A stretch of 64,000 nucleotides of DNA from Mustelus asterias (Eukaryota). Of this stretch, positions 25,134-39,159 are shown one piece after another. The stretch is from contig NC_135810.1 in the NCBI RefSeq assembly GCF_964213995.1, positions 47,182,001-47,246,000 of the forward strand, read 5' to 3'. Position numbers and translations under genes: made by a program. How positions within the stretch are numbered: position 1 is the stretch's first letter; every line of letters starts with the position of its first letter. The notes under the pieces were generated by a model. The model was not told the origin of the DNA. It did no database searches and saw only the letters and a program-made list of their open reading frames with translations.

Positions 25134-25465
25134 GGGCGGCACGGTGGCACAATGGCAAACACTGCTGCCTCACAGTGCCAGGGGCCTGGGTTCGATTCCC
25201 GGCTTGGGTCACTCTCTGTATGGAGTTTGTATGCTCTCCCTGTTTCTGCGTGGGTTTCCCCCAGGTGCTCCGGTTTCCTCCCACACTCCAAAGATGTGCG
25301 GGTTAGGTTGATTGGCCATGCTAAATTGCTTCTTAATGTCAGGGGAACTAGCATGGCAAATAAGTGGGGCTGCAGGGATAGGGCCTGGGTGGGATTATGG
25401 TCGCTGTAGGCTTAATGGGCCAAATGGCCTCCTTCTGCATTGTAGGGATTCTATGATTTCTATGA
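25134..25465 (+). mobile_element. HE1-like V-SINE, CR1-type tail
   Basis: Full head gggcggcacggtggcaca, B box, tail ggccaaatggcctccttctgcattgtagggattctatga. Confidence 0.92.
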
Positions 25466-26534
25466 AATGAATAACAAAAAGTGGCCATGGCAATGAATCA
25501 CTTCACATGCGACCTCTCAGACTGAAGCAAGGGATATCTCATGACCCTGCTTTCTGCTGCCTACAGTTATATACCACCTTGTCCTGTATGGGAGAAGCTA
25601 GTGAGGGTGGTTGAATTTGTTTGGATGGTGCAGTTATCATAGTTGGATAGCCAGCAGTGAGTGAATGCTGTGAGCTGTGTGTGAGGCTTAGTGCAATGCC
25701 AAATATATGAGGGTGTAACCACAGAGCATTCTCTTCAGCTGTTTTGAATTATGTCTGCTGTTGCTGCTGGTGAGACACTTCCCCTACCACTTCCAGCACC
25801 TTCTACAGCCAGAACACATCTTCCCTTCAGGAAGTGTCTTTAAGTAGTGCAGCTAGCTTTAAGTGGTACTAGCCACTCTCAATCCTGGACACTATATGAG
25901 TCATACAGCCACTTAACAGAGCATTTCAAACTGGACTACTTGCAATAGTCAATTAATGAAGCAGGCGGCATTAAGTTTGTGCGCTGCCTACATTGGAAGG
26001 AGCAGGCATGAGTTAATCTCGCTTTGTGATTCCTGTGCCCATTTCCAGCATCTATTGAATTTTGACCCATTACTGTATTAATTCTTTGTTTGGAAAAGTG
26101 CCAAATTTATTCAACTTTGACAAGATTGGCAGGTGTGATTTAATTTTATTGATGCAAACAGCCAGATTGACATTACGTGGTTATCATGGGGATATTTGCT
26201 CCTGCTACTTCTGCACACAAGCTTTGCAGGACACTCACAAGCCACTATGAACCTTAATGCCTGACTTTGGACTGCACCACATGGGCATGGATGGCAGTAG
26301 TCCAGGCTGGCTGCCTGACAAGCATCAGCAGCGGCTTTGGCAGTGGTAGGAACACAGGTGCTGCCCTTCTGGAGGGGGTCAGCAGATTCGGGCACCATGG
26401 TGCCCAAGTAGAACCTCAGCAACCCTTGCAACCAGATGGACCAAAGATTGTTGGAATGTTCAATAACCTTGCATGCCTCTTTGAGCACTGATATCTGCAG
26501 CCATAATGCCAGAAAGCTAACCGACAACGCATAC

Positions 26535-26680
26535 CGTTCATAGAGTAATCTCGAGGAATTAAGGGCTATGGGGAGAGAGCGGGTAAATGGAGTTGAAATC
26601 AACCATGATTGAATGGTGGAGTGGACCCGATGGGCCGAATGGCCTTACTTCCGCTCCTATGTCTTATGGTCTTATGGTCT
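26535..26680 (+). mobile_element. CR1 3' UTR fragment
   Basis: ..gatgggccgaatggccttacttccgctcctatgtcttatggtcttatggtct tail. Confidence 0.75.
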
Positions 26681-27159
26681 ATAGAGTACATAGGGGAGAA
26701 GGTGCAGAATGTAGTGCGACAGTCATAGAAAAGATAGAATTAGAAAGACAGCTCGCAATAAGTCGCCACGGTCCTGTGCCATTTTGTACAGCAATGTCAG
26801 CCTAGTACATTCTATAGGAGGGAATATTGCACCTATGACTGAAACCAAGTGGTCCGTGAGCAAAACCTTTGAAGTGAAAACCAAGGTCATGTGCCACACC
26901 ATCATCTGTAGTCTTCACCAACTTTAAATAACCCCAAACACTTCAACTAACTCACCAGCAGCCTGTAGAAATCATTCAGTAACTAACCTGAAAGTAATTG
27001 ATGATCCCTTTAAATAATGTTCCTTCCTGGGGCTGAATGCATATTCAGCTGTGTGAAGTTGAGACCAGACATTGGCTGCAACATTGAGGTTGGAAATGGC
27101 ACTGCTTACCTCAAATCAGCATCACATAGAGGTTGACGTCACTTAACTCAATCCATCCC

Positions 27160-27637
27160 GGATGCGACCGGGACTTGATGGATTGAGTTATAAGGAGAGG
27201 CTGGATAGACTGGGACTTTTTTCTCTGGAGCGTAGGAGGCTGAGGAGTGATCTTATAGAGGTCTATAAAATAATGAGGGGCACAGATCAGCTAGATAGTC
27301 AATATCTTTTCCCAAAGGTAGGGGAGTCTAAAACTAGAGGGCATCGGTTTAAGGTGAGAGGGGAGAGATACAAAAGTGTCCAGAGGGGCAATTTTTTCAC
27401 ACAGAGGGTGGTAAGTGTCTGGAATAAGCTGCCATAGGTAGTAGTAGAGGCGGGTACAATTTTGTCTTTTAAAAAGCATTTAGATAGTTACATGGGTACG
27501 ATGGGTATGGAGGGATATGGGCCAAATGCGGGTAATTGGGATTAGTTTAGGGGTTTGAAAAAAAAGGGCGGCATGGACAAGTTGGGCCGAAGGGCCTGTT
27601 TCGATGCTGTAAACCTCTATGACGCTATGACTATGAC
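27160..27637 (+). mobile_element. CR1 3' fragment
   Basis: LSYKERLDRLGLFSLERRRLRSDLIEVYKIM...FFTQRVVSVWNKLP, tail (ctatga)n. Confidence 0.93.
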
Positions 27638-28575
27638 TTCATACTTGCAGCACACGTTCCCAGTTCCCATGCTGACATTGTCACCAAAGCAGCGTGAGCC
27701 CTGCCTGGCCCTTATCAGAAGAGTACGCCTACAATGTGGATGCCATTTTAGACCTTTAAGGCACCCTTAATCTCGGGGTTACACATTCAAGTTTTGCAGG
27801 CCAAGATTTAATTCATTGCTGCTCCATGAGTTGAAATGTGGATAGGAAGCATGCACAATTAATCACATCGTCTGGGCTGCTGTGGCAACAGACCAACAAA
27901 GTTGAATATGTAGGGCAGGACACAACAATGTTCTCAAAAGTGTGGAAGACATAATTAAGTACTTTGTATTTTTATTACACATTATATTTAGCATCAGGAA
28001 ACCAGTACTTGTAAAGTAAGTGCATCGGTGACAAGTCATCACAGTCACCCTACATACATGCATTGGAAAACGAAGAACAATTTAAACTTTGTGCCAGGGT
28101 AGAAGAACTTAAAAATCCCTCAGGAGAGAAACAGACCATTATGCCAAATAAGCCAGCTGCTTTTTAACTGAACTTACTCACAACACTGTGGAGCGGCTTT
28201 GCTCCCTGAGTGCAAGTCTGAAAATAATTCAATTTGCGAAATGGGCAATTGCAAAAGTGCTTGTAAAGTAGCCAGGTGGTAAATTGTAGATTTCCCTCAG
28301 AAAAATAACTTGCATTAGAATGATGCCTTCATAAAATTGGAACACCATAAAGCACTCCATAGCCAACGAAATGCTGTTGTAATTCCGGAAAGACAGTCTC
28401 CGATTTGTGCCGGTTATGTCGGGCAAACAATGATTAAATACATGACCAGATCATTTGTTGTTTGGTAATGGATGAGAGATAAATAGTTCTGTGGAAGAAT
28501 TGCATACTCTTTTTTCAAACAATGGTGCGGATTTTCTTTACATTCATCTGTGAGGGCAGATAGGACTTCAGATAG

Positions 28576-28903
28576 GGGGCAGCGCAGTGGCACAGTGGTT
28601 AGCACTGCTGCCTCGCAGCACCGGGGACCCGGGTTCAATTCCCAGCTTGGGTCACTGTCTGTGTGGAGTTTGCACATTCTCTTTATGTCTGCGTGGGTTT
28701 CCTCCGGGTGCTCCGGTTTCTTCCCACAGTCCAAAGATGTGCGGGTTAGGTGGATTGGCCATTCTAAATTGCTCCTTCGTGTCTGGGGACTAGCTAGGGT
28801 AAATGCATGGGGTTATGGGGATAGGGCCTGCGTGGGATTATGGTCGGTGCAGACTCGATGAGCCAAATGGCCTCCTTCTGCACTGTAGGATTTTATGATT
28901 CTA
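28576..28903 (+). mobile_element. HE1-like V-SINE inserted in an older DeuSINE remnant
   Basis: SINE consensus. Flanks 28440-28575 and 28915-29040 resemble the 52140-52590 family. Confidence 0.88.
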
Positions 28904-31900
28904 AGAGTTTCATATTACAGCAGGCTGCACCCTCAGCTGTGCAGCCCTCCTCCAGTGACGCATTAGAGTGTCAGTCTAGGTTTGTGCCAAACCGCCGATC
29001 TTCTGACTCAGAAGTGAGGGTGTTGCCACTCGGCCATATTGGGCGCCTGAATATTTCTCAATGCAGCCACTTGAACACATTAGCATAGTCTGCATCAAGT
29101 GACTAGCCTAATGTTCACACCGCTATACGAATTAGATTTTCTCCCTTAGATTCTGTGGCAGCTGGCCAGTGGAACATGCCATCTCGCTGCTTACAGCAGC
29201 AGAAACTCAACATCTACTGGCTTCAGTTCGCTGCAAAGTCAAGAGGCCAAGATGGCTTTATGAAAAAAGTACTCATGATCTCAAAGATGGAGGAATCGGA
29301 GTGGCAGCAGCTATTTTCTTTTGGATCCCAGAGGAACGTGCCTAGCCTCACAAGAATAATCTGAAACATTCCTGTCATCTCCTCCTCAGCCGGGCTGCCA
29401 GTAAATACTGGTCACAGCATGCGCAGTGCAGTTCAATACCAAAATAGTATTGAGGTCCAACTGATATCTTCAGAGGTGGCCTAATATCCAGCAGGTGTAA
29501 ATAATTTTTCTCAGCTTTCGTTCTTAATTCTACCTTCACAATTATTAATTTGTACAACTGGGCATTTGACTATTCGCTGTAATGAACAATTCAGTGCAAA
29601 GGTTTTAACATTTTGCTTCATAATGTCAAGTACTTAATAAGCTCAGCTGGAAGTCTCCTGATTCACAAAAAGATCAAAGCAAATTTCCTAAACTGTTCTC
29701 ATAAGTGACGTGCCCTGAACAAGTAGCTTGCCTCTCTCGCCTTTCTCTTCATGACTGTAACTATTGCGCAGCACTCCTGCAGTACACCAGCACTTTATAC
29801 AGCAATAATACAACTTCTGTAGTTTCATATTCTATCTTTCCACTAAAGCAATCCAGTACTTTTTTAGATTTTAAAACTTTTCATTTGTTCATTTTTGGGA
29901 AGTCTCCTGGCAAAATCAACGTTGACTGCCCATCCATCGTCGCCATTCAGAAGATGGTGGTGGTTTTTTCTTGGATAGTTGTACTCCATGCGATGAAGAT
30001 ATTCTCCACAATGCTGTTACTTAAATAGTTCCAGGATTTTGACCCAGCGATAATGGATAACAGCTACATTTATCTAAGTGCGGATGGTATGAAAGTAACG
30101 GTGATCCCAGTTAATGGAGAAAGGGAGAAGTGTTAAAGAATTATCCGGAATGATCTTTCACTTTCTTCTCTCACAACATATTGCGCTATTATTTTCTTTA
30201 TGAGGAACCTCCTAATTTCGTTCCTTTTTCCCATTGTTATCAATTACACTTATTCACGCCGGCTGTGTCTGATGCATATTTATGCAATAGCCTAAGTGAT
30301 CAGTGTCTGGAGGCCTACTTTATTCTTTGCCTCCAATTTTGGTGTCAGTTGCAAACTTGGAAGTGTTGCAAATGACATTCCCTTGTAAAGTATCAATATA
30401 TTACAAATAGCCAGAGATGCAACTCTGGGCAATCAAATTGAAATCAAGTTTTGTTAACATAGACAGGGAATTTTGCAGTGAAACTTTAAGGTATTGAATG
30501 TCAGAATGAGGTTTATATATGAAGACATAAGTGTTATGTATGTACTTATTGAATATGGTGCAAGAAGAACCACAAAGGCCACGTAACTTAAACACTGGGG
30601 AACTCTTTATTAGAGATGTGCACTATCTCACAGTTGGATTCTACACTGCATAACCAGGTTCCACCCTGGCAGGAGCTAACCCTACCTCAGGGGTCCCATG
30701 TCCCACACTCTTAAAGGGGCAGTTCGCATCCCAAATCCTCAACATTTATATATCACAGTAAGGAGACAATAATAGATATTTGACTCTTTCATAAAGTGTC
30801 AACATAGCCGTTGAAATCGAATGCTGAATTTTTGTTCCCAGCTTCAATATGGTCCAACTTCCTTTGATAAGCACTTAGCTGGAGGTGGAGTGGGCTCTAA
30901 GTGATGCCAATTGGCATTAACAGACACATTGACTGGATCAAGAAACAGATCACTGCCAAAACATTGGACTTGTATCTACTCTTTTGATGTGTACGAGACA
31001 AGACAAACTAGATGATCGTGCTTTCATTTCACTCACCTGGCTATTTTTAGTGAGGTGGGGGTTCTTTCAGATGAGTCAATGCACCAACAGAATCCAAACG
31101 GCGTATGTGACTTCCTTCACTTCAAAATGTTAAAGCCTGAAATGAAACAGATTCCGTAAAGATAATCGTTTTCTGCAGAATCCGTGAGGGGAAACACCAT
31201 GTGCCTTTTTCTATTGGCCCAGTGCTTATTAAGAACCAAAATGAGAAACAGCACTCCTGATTGCAATGTCAGTTTTTTTGGCACTAATTCCTGGCACACA
31301 CACGCACACAAATCTGTCCTTTTTATGCTCAGCCGTGCTGTTATTGTGCACAGGCACCTGTAACCTTTCCCCCCCCCCAACCCATCCCAGAGTGTCTGAT
31401 GCGTTGTGCTGTGCTTCAGAATGTTGGCAAGCTTTCTACAACTGGCAGTTAGCTAACACAAGCTGCACTGCACATTAATTTAAACCCAGAAAGGTCAAAC
31501 ACTAGGTGAAGTGAAACTGTTGTTTGCATATGCTGATAGTCTACCAATACAGATTACACGCTCTTTTGATTAAAATGTTGAAACTGCTAAAATTTGATGA
31601 TTAATCACGACCATAATTGTTTTGCTACTTTCGTATTTTCTGAAACTTTCTCTCCATTTTTGTTTTGAAATCTGTTCACGAACGCAACTGACAGCAGTGA
31701 TGTGAGCATAGAATATTTTCCCACTCTTAAATCATAAGTGACATCGACCAGATGTGATGTAGTACTCCCTTTACATTACCCTTGTAATATGTCAGAGTCC
31801 CAGTCCTCAGAAGAGCACTCGCTAATGCACTCATGTGACTCGTTTCTTCCCCATGTCATATATCCTTATAACCTTCTTGAGTGACGAAGCCTAGTCAATG

Positions 31901-32459
31901 TCAAGTTGTGCAAAATTACAGGCGGCGTTATATTATCAATTTATGTCCATTGAAAGCTGTGTCAAGACTGCCTAAGCTCATTTCACTGAAGAACTTTAAC
32001 AGATATCAAAGAGGAAACTTTGATTTGATTAGTATAGTTGTAGTTGAAGCACATATGCCAGCAGTAATGGTTGTAAGACTGTATGTTGTCCCATGAAGAG
32101 GCCAAGAGGATGTATGGCTGAACAAAAATCGTTTATTTATAATACATAACTATCTACTTGGCTAGGTGCTTCCTTGTAACACCACATTCACCATTCCTTC
32201 TGCCCTATGTACTCTATGAATGGTATGGTTTATCTCTATGGAGAGCAAGAAACAATACTTTTCATTGTATCCCAATACATGTGACAATCAGACTCACTGC
32301 TTTGCTCTGCTACTCCCATGTGACTTTCTACATCATAATGGGGGTGCTACTGTTTCACCAGTACTACATTAACACTTACAGTCCTGGATACCCTAATACT
32401 ACACCTCCCTCCAAGTCTTTACCCACATGTATTTACAATAGTATTTACATGTAACCCCT

Positions 32460-32965
32460 TCTCCTTCCATAGGCTGAATCTTACCAGATTTTGGCAAAGT
32501 GTTGATTCCGGCGAGAAAACCAATGTGAATCCTGCCGGTGGGAGGAAATCGCATGGAATATTGAGCCTCTTACACAAAATGTTTTAAACCATGTGAATCA
32601 CGCCATGCGCGTGATGGCTTGCCACTGATTTGCTCGCCCCCCCCCCCGAGACAAATTAATCTCAGTAATCAGTGGGGCGCTCCATATAAACACCACCCCA
32701 GCACTCCCAGCCGTGTTCCAGATCCAGTCAGTGGGATGGCTGCCACAAAGCCAGTGTCAAGATTCTCCAAGGGAGCCCTGTCCAAACTCCTGGATGGTGT
32801 GGAGCAGAGGCATCCTGTACCCGTATTCCCACAGATACCTTTCCACCAAGGTCACTACCCTGGGAGGCAGCGGCAGCCTTAGTGAGTACCAGCTCGCTGC
32901 AGAAGAGGATGGGGCAACAGTGCCGCAAGAAGATGAATGACCCAATTTGCACGGTCAGGGATAGA
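32460..32965 (+). pseudogene. Harbinger-like end plus Myb/SANT-like ORF remnant
   Basis: MAATKPVSRFSKGALSKLLDGVEQR and ..GQQCRKKMND translation fragments. Confidence 0.5.
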
Positions 32966-33039
32966 CTGCATCTTCATGTCTCCCACAGCACCCCTTCACA
33001 CACTGTTCACAACTCCACAATCTCTCACCCAACACCAAT

Positions 33040-33301
33040 CATAGGATCATAGGATCATAGGATTCCTACCCTGCAGAAGGAAGCCATTTGGCCCATCAAG
33101 CCTGCACTGACAAAAATTCCACCCAGGCCCTCTCCCCATAACCCCATAAATTTATCCTGCTATTCCCCCTGACACTAAGAGGCAATTGAGCATGGCCAAT
33201 CCACCTAACCTGCGCATCTTTGGAGTGTGGGAGGAAACCGGAGCACTTGAAGGAAATGCACACAGACACGTGGAGAACGTGCAGACTCCACACGGACAGT
33301 C
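33040..33301 (-). mobile_element. HE1-like V-SINE (5'-truncated)
   Basis: Reverse complement of the SINE core and tail. Confidence 0.85.
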
Positions 33302-33589
33302 ATCCTCATGCCCTCTGGACACCACAGACCCGAGCAACTCCAAGGGAGATATTTTGGAGACATGCATCGAAGAAGCATCACCGCTGTCACCTACAACCTC
33401 CACCAACATAGATACTCACATGTCGGAGGATTGGCTAGTAGACTGGCTTCTGCGTCACTTACTGATGAGTAACTTACAGCTAAAGAACCACAGCATGCAG
33501 AGACAGGGACATCCCAATGAACCGGCTCTCAGAGAGATGCCAGTTTCTCTCCTCTCCAGAATTGACTTCATGTTGTCTGTGTGATCTCA

Positions 33590-35480
33590 AAACTCCAGCT
33601 TCATTGCTATAGTCTGTCCTGGGTCTGTGAAAGCAACTGTTTGACTCTGAAGTTCAAGCTCAACCTTCTGCTACTGTTCATTCTCCTCTGTATCTTCGGT
33701 TTTAAATATGCTGGTGCTCATTAGGAAGTTTGGCTGATCTGACTGAAGAGTATTTTCTGCCATCTGGAAATGAGCTGGTATAACTGTCTCTGCACAGAGT
33801 GAGGCTAATCCTGAACTGAAGTCTCAGTCGAGAGCATCAATACTGCTGGACCTCTTGAGAATCTCCAGTTCACCATAATTGACTGCAGTGGTTATTTTGA
33901 TGTGTTTTGCCATTTTGACAAGGTTGAGGGGAACACAGGCATCTCTGCTCAGGAGAGAAAAGGGTTTATAGCGGACAACATACAGGATTTTGATTATTTT
34001 CTTGTCATATCAGATTGGCTCTTGAATCATGCCCATGACCTGTATTTAGATTCCTCTGTTTGACACTTGCAGCCAGAACTCTATTAGCACAGTTCCTGAT
34101 CCAACAGGACTGTCACACTGACTCCTGTGTCTAACTTGGAAGTTCATAAGCTGACTATTTACAGATATAGTAAGAAGTCTCACAACACCAGGTTAAAGTC
34201 CAACAGGTTTATTTGGTACCAAATACCATAAGCTTTCGGAGCACAGCTCCTTCGTCAGATGGAGTGGATATCTGTTCTCAAACAGTGCAAACAGACACAG
34301 AAATCAAATTACAGAATACTGATTAGAATGCAAATCTCTACAGCCAGCCAGGTTTTAAATGTACAGATAATGTGGGTGGACAATGTGGGTCTCCACATCA
34401 TATTTACAGATATGTCAGCATTCCAAAATGTGAATCTAGGATCCTTAATTTCTTCCAAGATGCATTATTGGACTTCTTCTTGGTGTGGTTCATCTAGCTC
34501 ATGGACTCGTTTGAGATTCTCTGACTGTCTCAAGGTTTTGGGCTCACACATCTTTCCAAAGTATCCCAGAAAGCTGCAGTGAAAACACTACACAGCGATT
34601 GCTGGATACTGCTCACACCCATGAAGTCTTCTGGTGCGACAGAGTTGACATAGTTTGCACCATCTTGTGCTTTGCTTGGATATTGCTTTCCTTGCCCAGG
34701 AGTCTCCTTCCCCTTGTGTTGCTTTATGAGCTGGACTATTGGGGTTGCTCTGTATCACAGTTTAACTTCACCACAGAGAATGGATTGGTTCTGCTGGTGA
34801 ACCTTCGATTCTGAAGATTTGGAGGGCTTTTTCAAAACTCGGATCTTTAGATTGAAATACACCATTAAGAGCATCATCAGTCACTCACACTACTATTCAA
34901 TCCTTTATCATCACCGTAATCATTGTCTTCAGCCAATCTGTATCACTCATTTATGAATGAGTCGGCAGGATCCCTGAGCTTGTGCACTCTTGTTAAATGT
35001 TCTTCATTTGAAAATGTGATTGTTACTTAGCTTAATGTAGGTGTCAAAGGGCTTCATGACTTCAAGTTATCAAAAGAGTACTTTTACACTGCACAGTGGA
35101 TCTTCTGCCCTTTAGCCTCCGTGCCTGCTGTGGAGTTCCTTAGGCAATCTTCAGCTGTACATTCAAGGTCTTCAAGTTAGGCGCACATCTCTCAGGTCAC
35201 ACTACAGTTTCTTTGCTTCTTTATTCCTTTGGATTTAGGGCTCTTTCACCTGCTGCCATCATTATATAAGGTTGTATGTTATCTTATGAAGAAGTCTAGA
35301 GGCGTTTATGAATGAACAATAGTTTTATTAATAACACATAACTTACAGGATATAGTCCTAAGTGCTACCTTCATGCTGACTTCTACCAGATTCAATATGA
35401 CATTCTACTATTCCCATGTGGCTGTTTATGTAGGTGGTACTATTTCCCCAGTTCCACATTAATTCTTGCAGTCCCAAACA
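33590..35480 (-). mobile_element. Old Gypsy remnant (gag zinc knuckle, PBS/LTR-like end)
   Basis: Minus strand near 34545-34615 translates as YPAIAV*CFHCSFLGYFGKMC, a degenerate CCHC. PBS-like TGGCAGCAG lies at about 35250-35258 on the minus strand. Confidence 0.45.
34169..34400 (-). mobile_element. Penelope pseudo-LTR fragment with 13-bp TSD
   Basis: Near-identical to the left arm at 45242 onward. TATTTACAGATAT occurs at 34156-34168 and 34401-34413. Hammerhead core on the minus strand. Confidence 0.85.
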
Positions 35481-37018
35481 CTCGAATTGTACATTAACTT
35501 CAATGCTCAACTATATGTCCAACAGTTTTGCATCTTTAGTCTTTGGCCAGGATGGCCTTCTCATACAAAGAGAAGGAGGCATAACACTAATCATGAAAAG
35601 AGTGGTCTTGTGGACTTATTTTGATTGACTGAGTGATACAGAGTGGAATTTTCTAGATTGATTCTTTAACTTGTCTGCATTTTTAATCTGTTTTCTCACC
35701 TCTCCCAGGAGGTCACATGACATTTTGGTGAGTTCTATATGTTGTAATGAACAAAACATCTCAGTTGGACAGGACAGATGGTGTGGAGCAGTGGATTTTT
35801 GTCCCTTGTCTATCACTTATTCGTTTATTCATGGAAAGAGTAGAAACATTTTAAAACGCGAGTCATATAGATGGGAAATTACTTATCAAACTTGAAAGTG
35901 ACTGAAGCTGCCCCAGGGGAACACCTTGGCTCTCCTCAACAGTTAAAGGTAAAGATGTCCTTCTCAGGCACATGACAAATTAATCATCTAAGCAATTGCG
36001 TTACATCGAAAGAGAAGGTGTTATATAGTACTGAGAGTTAAGAAAATATTACTCACAGAATAAACTAAAAATGCCACATGCTGCCCAAAATACTCACACT
36101 GAATAGAATTAAAATGGATAACGATATTCTTAAAATATTGTGAATCTTTAAATTAGCAAAGTCCCCAGTCCTGATAGACATATCTTATGTTATTGAGGGA
36201 AGTAAGGGGGGAAATTACAGAGGCTCTGGCTATAACATTGCAGTCCTCCTTGGAAGAGGATTGCGAATGCTACATTCTGTTTCAAAAAAGGAAGTAGATA
36301 AACCTGGAAACTACAGTCATGTCACTTAATGGCAGTGGTCAGGAAACGTTTAGATCCAGGACATTTTTAATAAATAATTTGTTCTGAACGAATGTATCAT
36401 TCTGGCTATATACTGATTACTGGATTTAAAAATAGATAAGGGATACTTAAAATGTTCTCAAAATAGACACATAAAAATTAATTGCCATGTTGACATATAT
36501 GGGCTAACAACAAATGAAAGTCAGCACAGAATTGTTAAAGGAAAATCATGTTTGACTAATTTGATTGTGTTCTTTGATGACGAGAGGGTTGTTGAGAATA
36601 ATGGGGGCGATGTTATGCATATGGGCTTTCAAAATGTACTTGACAAAGTAATACATAATATAATTGCTAGCACAATTAAAGCCCATAAGATTAAAGGGGC
36701 ATTGATAACGTGGATGGAAAATTGGCTAAGTGACACAAAGCAGAGGGTTGTGGTGAATTGTTGTTCTTCACACTGGAAGGAAGTATACAGTAGTGTTCAC
36801 CAGGCATCAGCATTAGAAACACTGCTCTTTATCATATGTATTGATCACCTGGACTTAGTTTACGTGACATAATTTCAAAGTTCAGAGAAACTCAGAAATG
36901 TGATTACAATGAGGAGGATAGAGTAAGAGTATAGGAAATCTGGGTAAGACAAATGAGGGAGCCAATATAAATTAATTGGACAATATTAAAGGGGAATGCA
37001 GAACTGAGAGAACTGAGA

Positions 37019-37352
37019 GGGGTGTCATGGTGGTACAGTGGTCAGCACTGCTGCCTCACAGGCCCAGGGACCTGGGTTCGATTCCTGGCTTGGGTCACTG
37101 TGTGGAGTTTGCACATTCTTCCCGTGTTTGCATGGGTTTCCTCAGGGTGCTCCGGTTTCCTCCCACAGTCCAAAGATGTGCGGGTTAGATGGATTGGCCA
37201 TGTTAAATTGCTCCTTAGTGTCAGGGGGACGAGCTAAGTAAATGCATGGGGTTATGGGGATGGGGCCTGGGTGGGATTGTGGTCGGTGTAGACTCGATGG
37301 GCCGAATGACCTCCTTCTGTACTGTAGGGATTCGATTAGGTTCGATTCTAAC
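37019..37352 (+). mobile_element. HE1-like V-SINE
   Basis: SINE consensus with CR1-type tail. Confidence 0.88.
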
Positions 37353-37584
37353 TGAGGGTGCATGTACAAACCTTTGCTAAAGATGGCAGGGCAAGTTGAG
37401 AAGGCTGTTAAAAAGAATATAGGATTCTTGTCTTTATGGGAGACATAGTACAAAAGCAAGGAAGTAATGCTAAACTTTATAAAACATTGGTTTTATCAAC
37501 CGCAACTGGAGTTTTACCTTCAATTCCAGGCATCGTATTTTTAGGAAAAATATCAAAACCTTAGAAAGGGTTGAGAAGAAGAGA

Positions 37585-37878
37585 AATGGCAGTATTTTGG
37601 TAATTTTGCTGAACTAGTAATCCAGAGGCCCAGGCTAATGCTCTTGGGACATGGGTTCAAATCAGACCACGGCAGCTGGTGGAATTACTGAAATATAAAG
37701 ATAGTCTTAGTAATGGTGACCACAAAACTATCATTTATTTGTAAAAAAAACTTTAGGGAAGGAAATCTGCCACCCTTACCTGTCCAGCCTACATGTGACT
37801 CCAGACCCACAACAATGTGGTTCACTCTTAACTGCCCTCTGAAAGCCACTCAGCAATGCCCACATCCCATGAAAAAAT
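37585..37878 (+). mobile_element. tRNA-derived SINE of a second family (another copy at about 38455-38785, minus strand)
   Basis: ..gaactagtaatccagaggcc..gggttcaaatc.. head and tail gcccacatcccatgaaaaaat. A reverse-complement relative lies about 600 bp downstream. Confidence 0.55.
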
Positions 37879-38049
37879 GTTTTAAAGAGATTTACGAAAA
37901 TGTTACCAAGGGTGAGGAACTTCAGTTATGTGAAGAGACTGGAGAAGTTGAGTTGTTTTCCTTAAAGCAAACAAAGTTAAGTAGTGATTTGATGGAGATT
38001 TTCAAAATTGTGAATCGTGTTGAAAGAGTGAATAAGGAAAAACTGTTTT

Positions 38050-38340
38050 AAAGTTTATTTATTAGTATGATAAGTCGACTTGCATTAATGCTGCAATGAA
38101 GTTACTGTGAAAATCCCCAGCACCTGTTCGGGTACACTGAGGGAGAATTTAGCATGGCCAATGCACCTAACCAGCACGTCTTTCAAACTGTGGGAGGAAA
38201 CTGGAACATCCGGAGGAAACCCATGCAGACATGGGGAGAACACGCAGACTCCACACAGACAGTGACCTAAGCCTGGAATCAAACCTGGGTCTTTGGCATT
38301 GGGAGGCAGTAGTGCTAACCACTGTGCCACCATGCTGCCC
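38050..38340 (-). mobile_element. HE1-like V-SINE, tail type B
   Basis: Reverse complement of the 11581-type SINE. Confidence 0.88.
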
Positions 38341-39159
38341 ATGGTTTTAGTGGTTGCAGTGGCAGAATGATCCAGTGGGTGCAGATTTGTTTTTTTTTAC
38401 AGAGCAAGTTTAGATTTGGAATGGAAAGAGTGGTGGGAGCAAGGTTTTAATGTGTTTTCATGGGATGCATGCATCACTGACATGGCCAGCATTTCTAGCC
38501 CATCCTAAATTCCCTTGAACTGGGTGGCTGGCTAGGCTACTTCAGAGGGCAGTTAGGAGTCAACCACATTGCTGTGAATCTGAAGTCACATATAGGCCAA
38601 AATGGGTAAGGACGGCAGATTTCCTTCCCTAAAGGACATTAGTGAACCAGATGGGTTTTTACAATAATCAATGATAGTTTCATGGTCAGATTTCTCCATT
38701 AAGTATAAAACCCACCAGCTGCCGTGGTGGGATATGAACCCATGACCCAAAGCATGATTACAAGCTCAGTGATGTTTACCACCATCTTGTTCCAAATTCA
38801 ATTGTGAGATTCAAAAAGAGAAATGGGTAAAAAATTGAAGGGAATTGGGTTCATTTGGTTCTCACCTGGCCTGAGCCAGAAGATCAGACGAGAAAGGTAC
38901 AGCTCCATTTCCAGATAAGTAACTAAGATCATGATTGCCACTCCATTGAAGTTACGATACATCCAACTTTTCTTTTCACACATAATTGTAATACACATTC
39001 TTTCACATATCCTAAGCTCTTGGAAGCAAAAGACTTTTCTAATCTTTATTTTAATCTCAGTGCCACCGTTTTATGCTCACATCCCATGATCATTGTTTAG
39101 TTAGATTGAATGGAAGGCACTACATAAATGCAAGTTATTTCCATGTTATTTTTATATTT

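Larger units (their letters stand above)
36140..38048 (+). mobile_element. Old degenerate CR1 LINE interrupted by SINEs
   Basis: KSCLTNLIVFF..DVMHMGFQNVLDKV..WMENWLSDTKQRVVVN and later LMEIFKIV..KEKLF. Confidence 0.75.
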
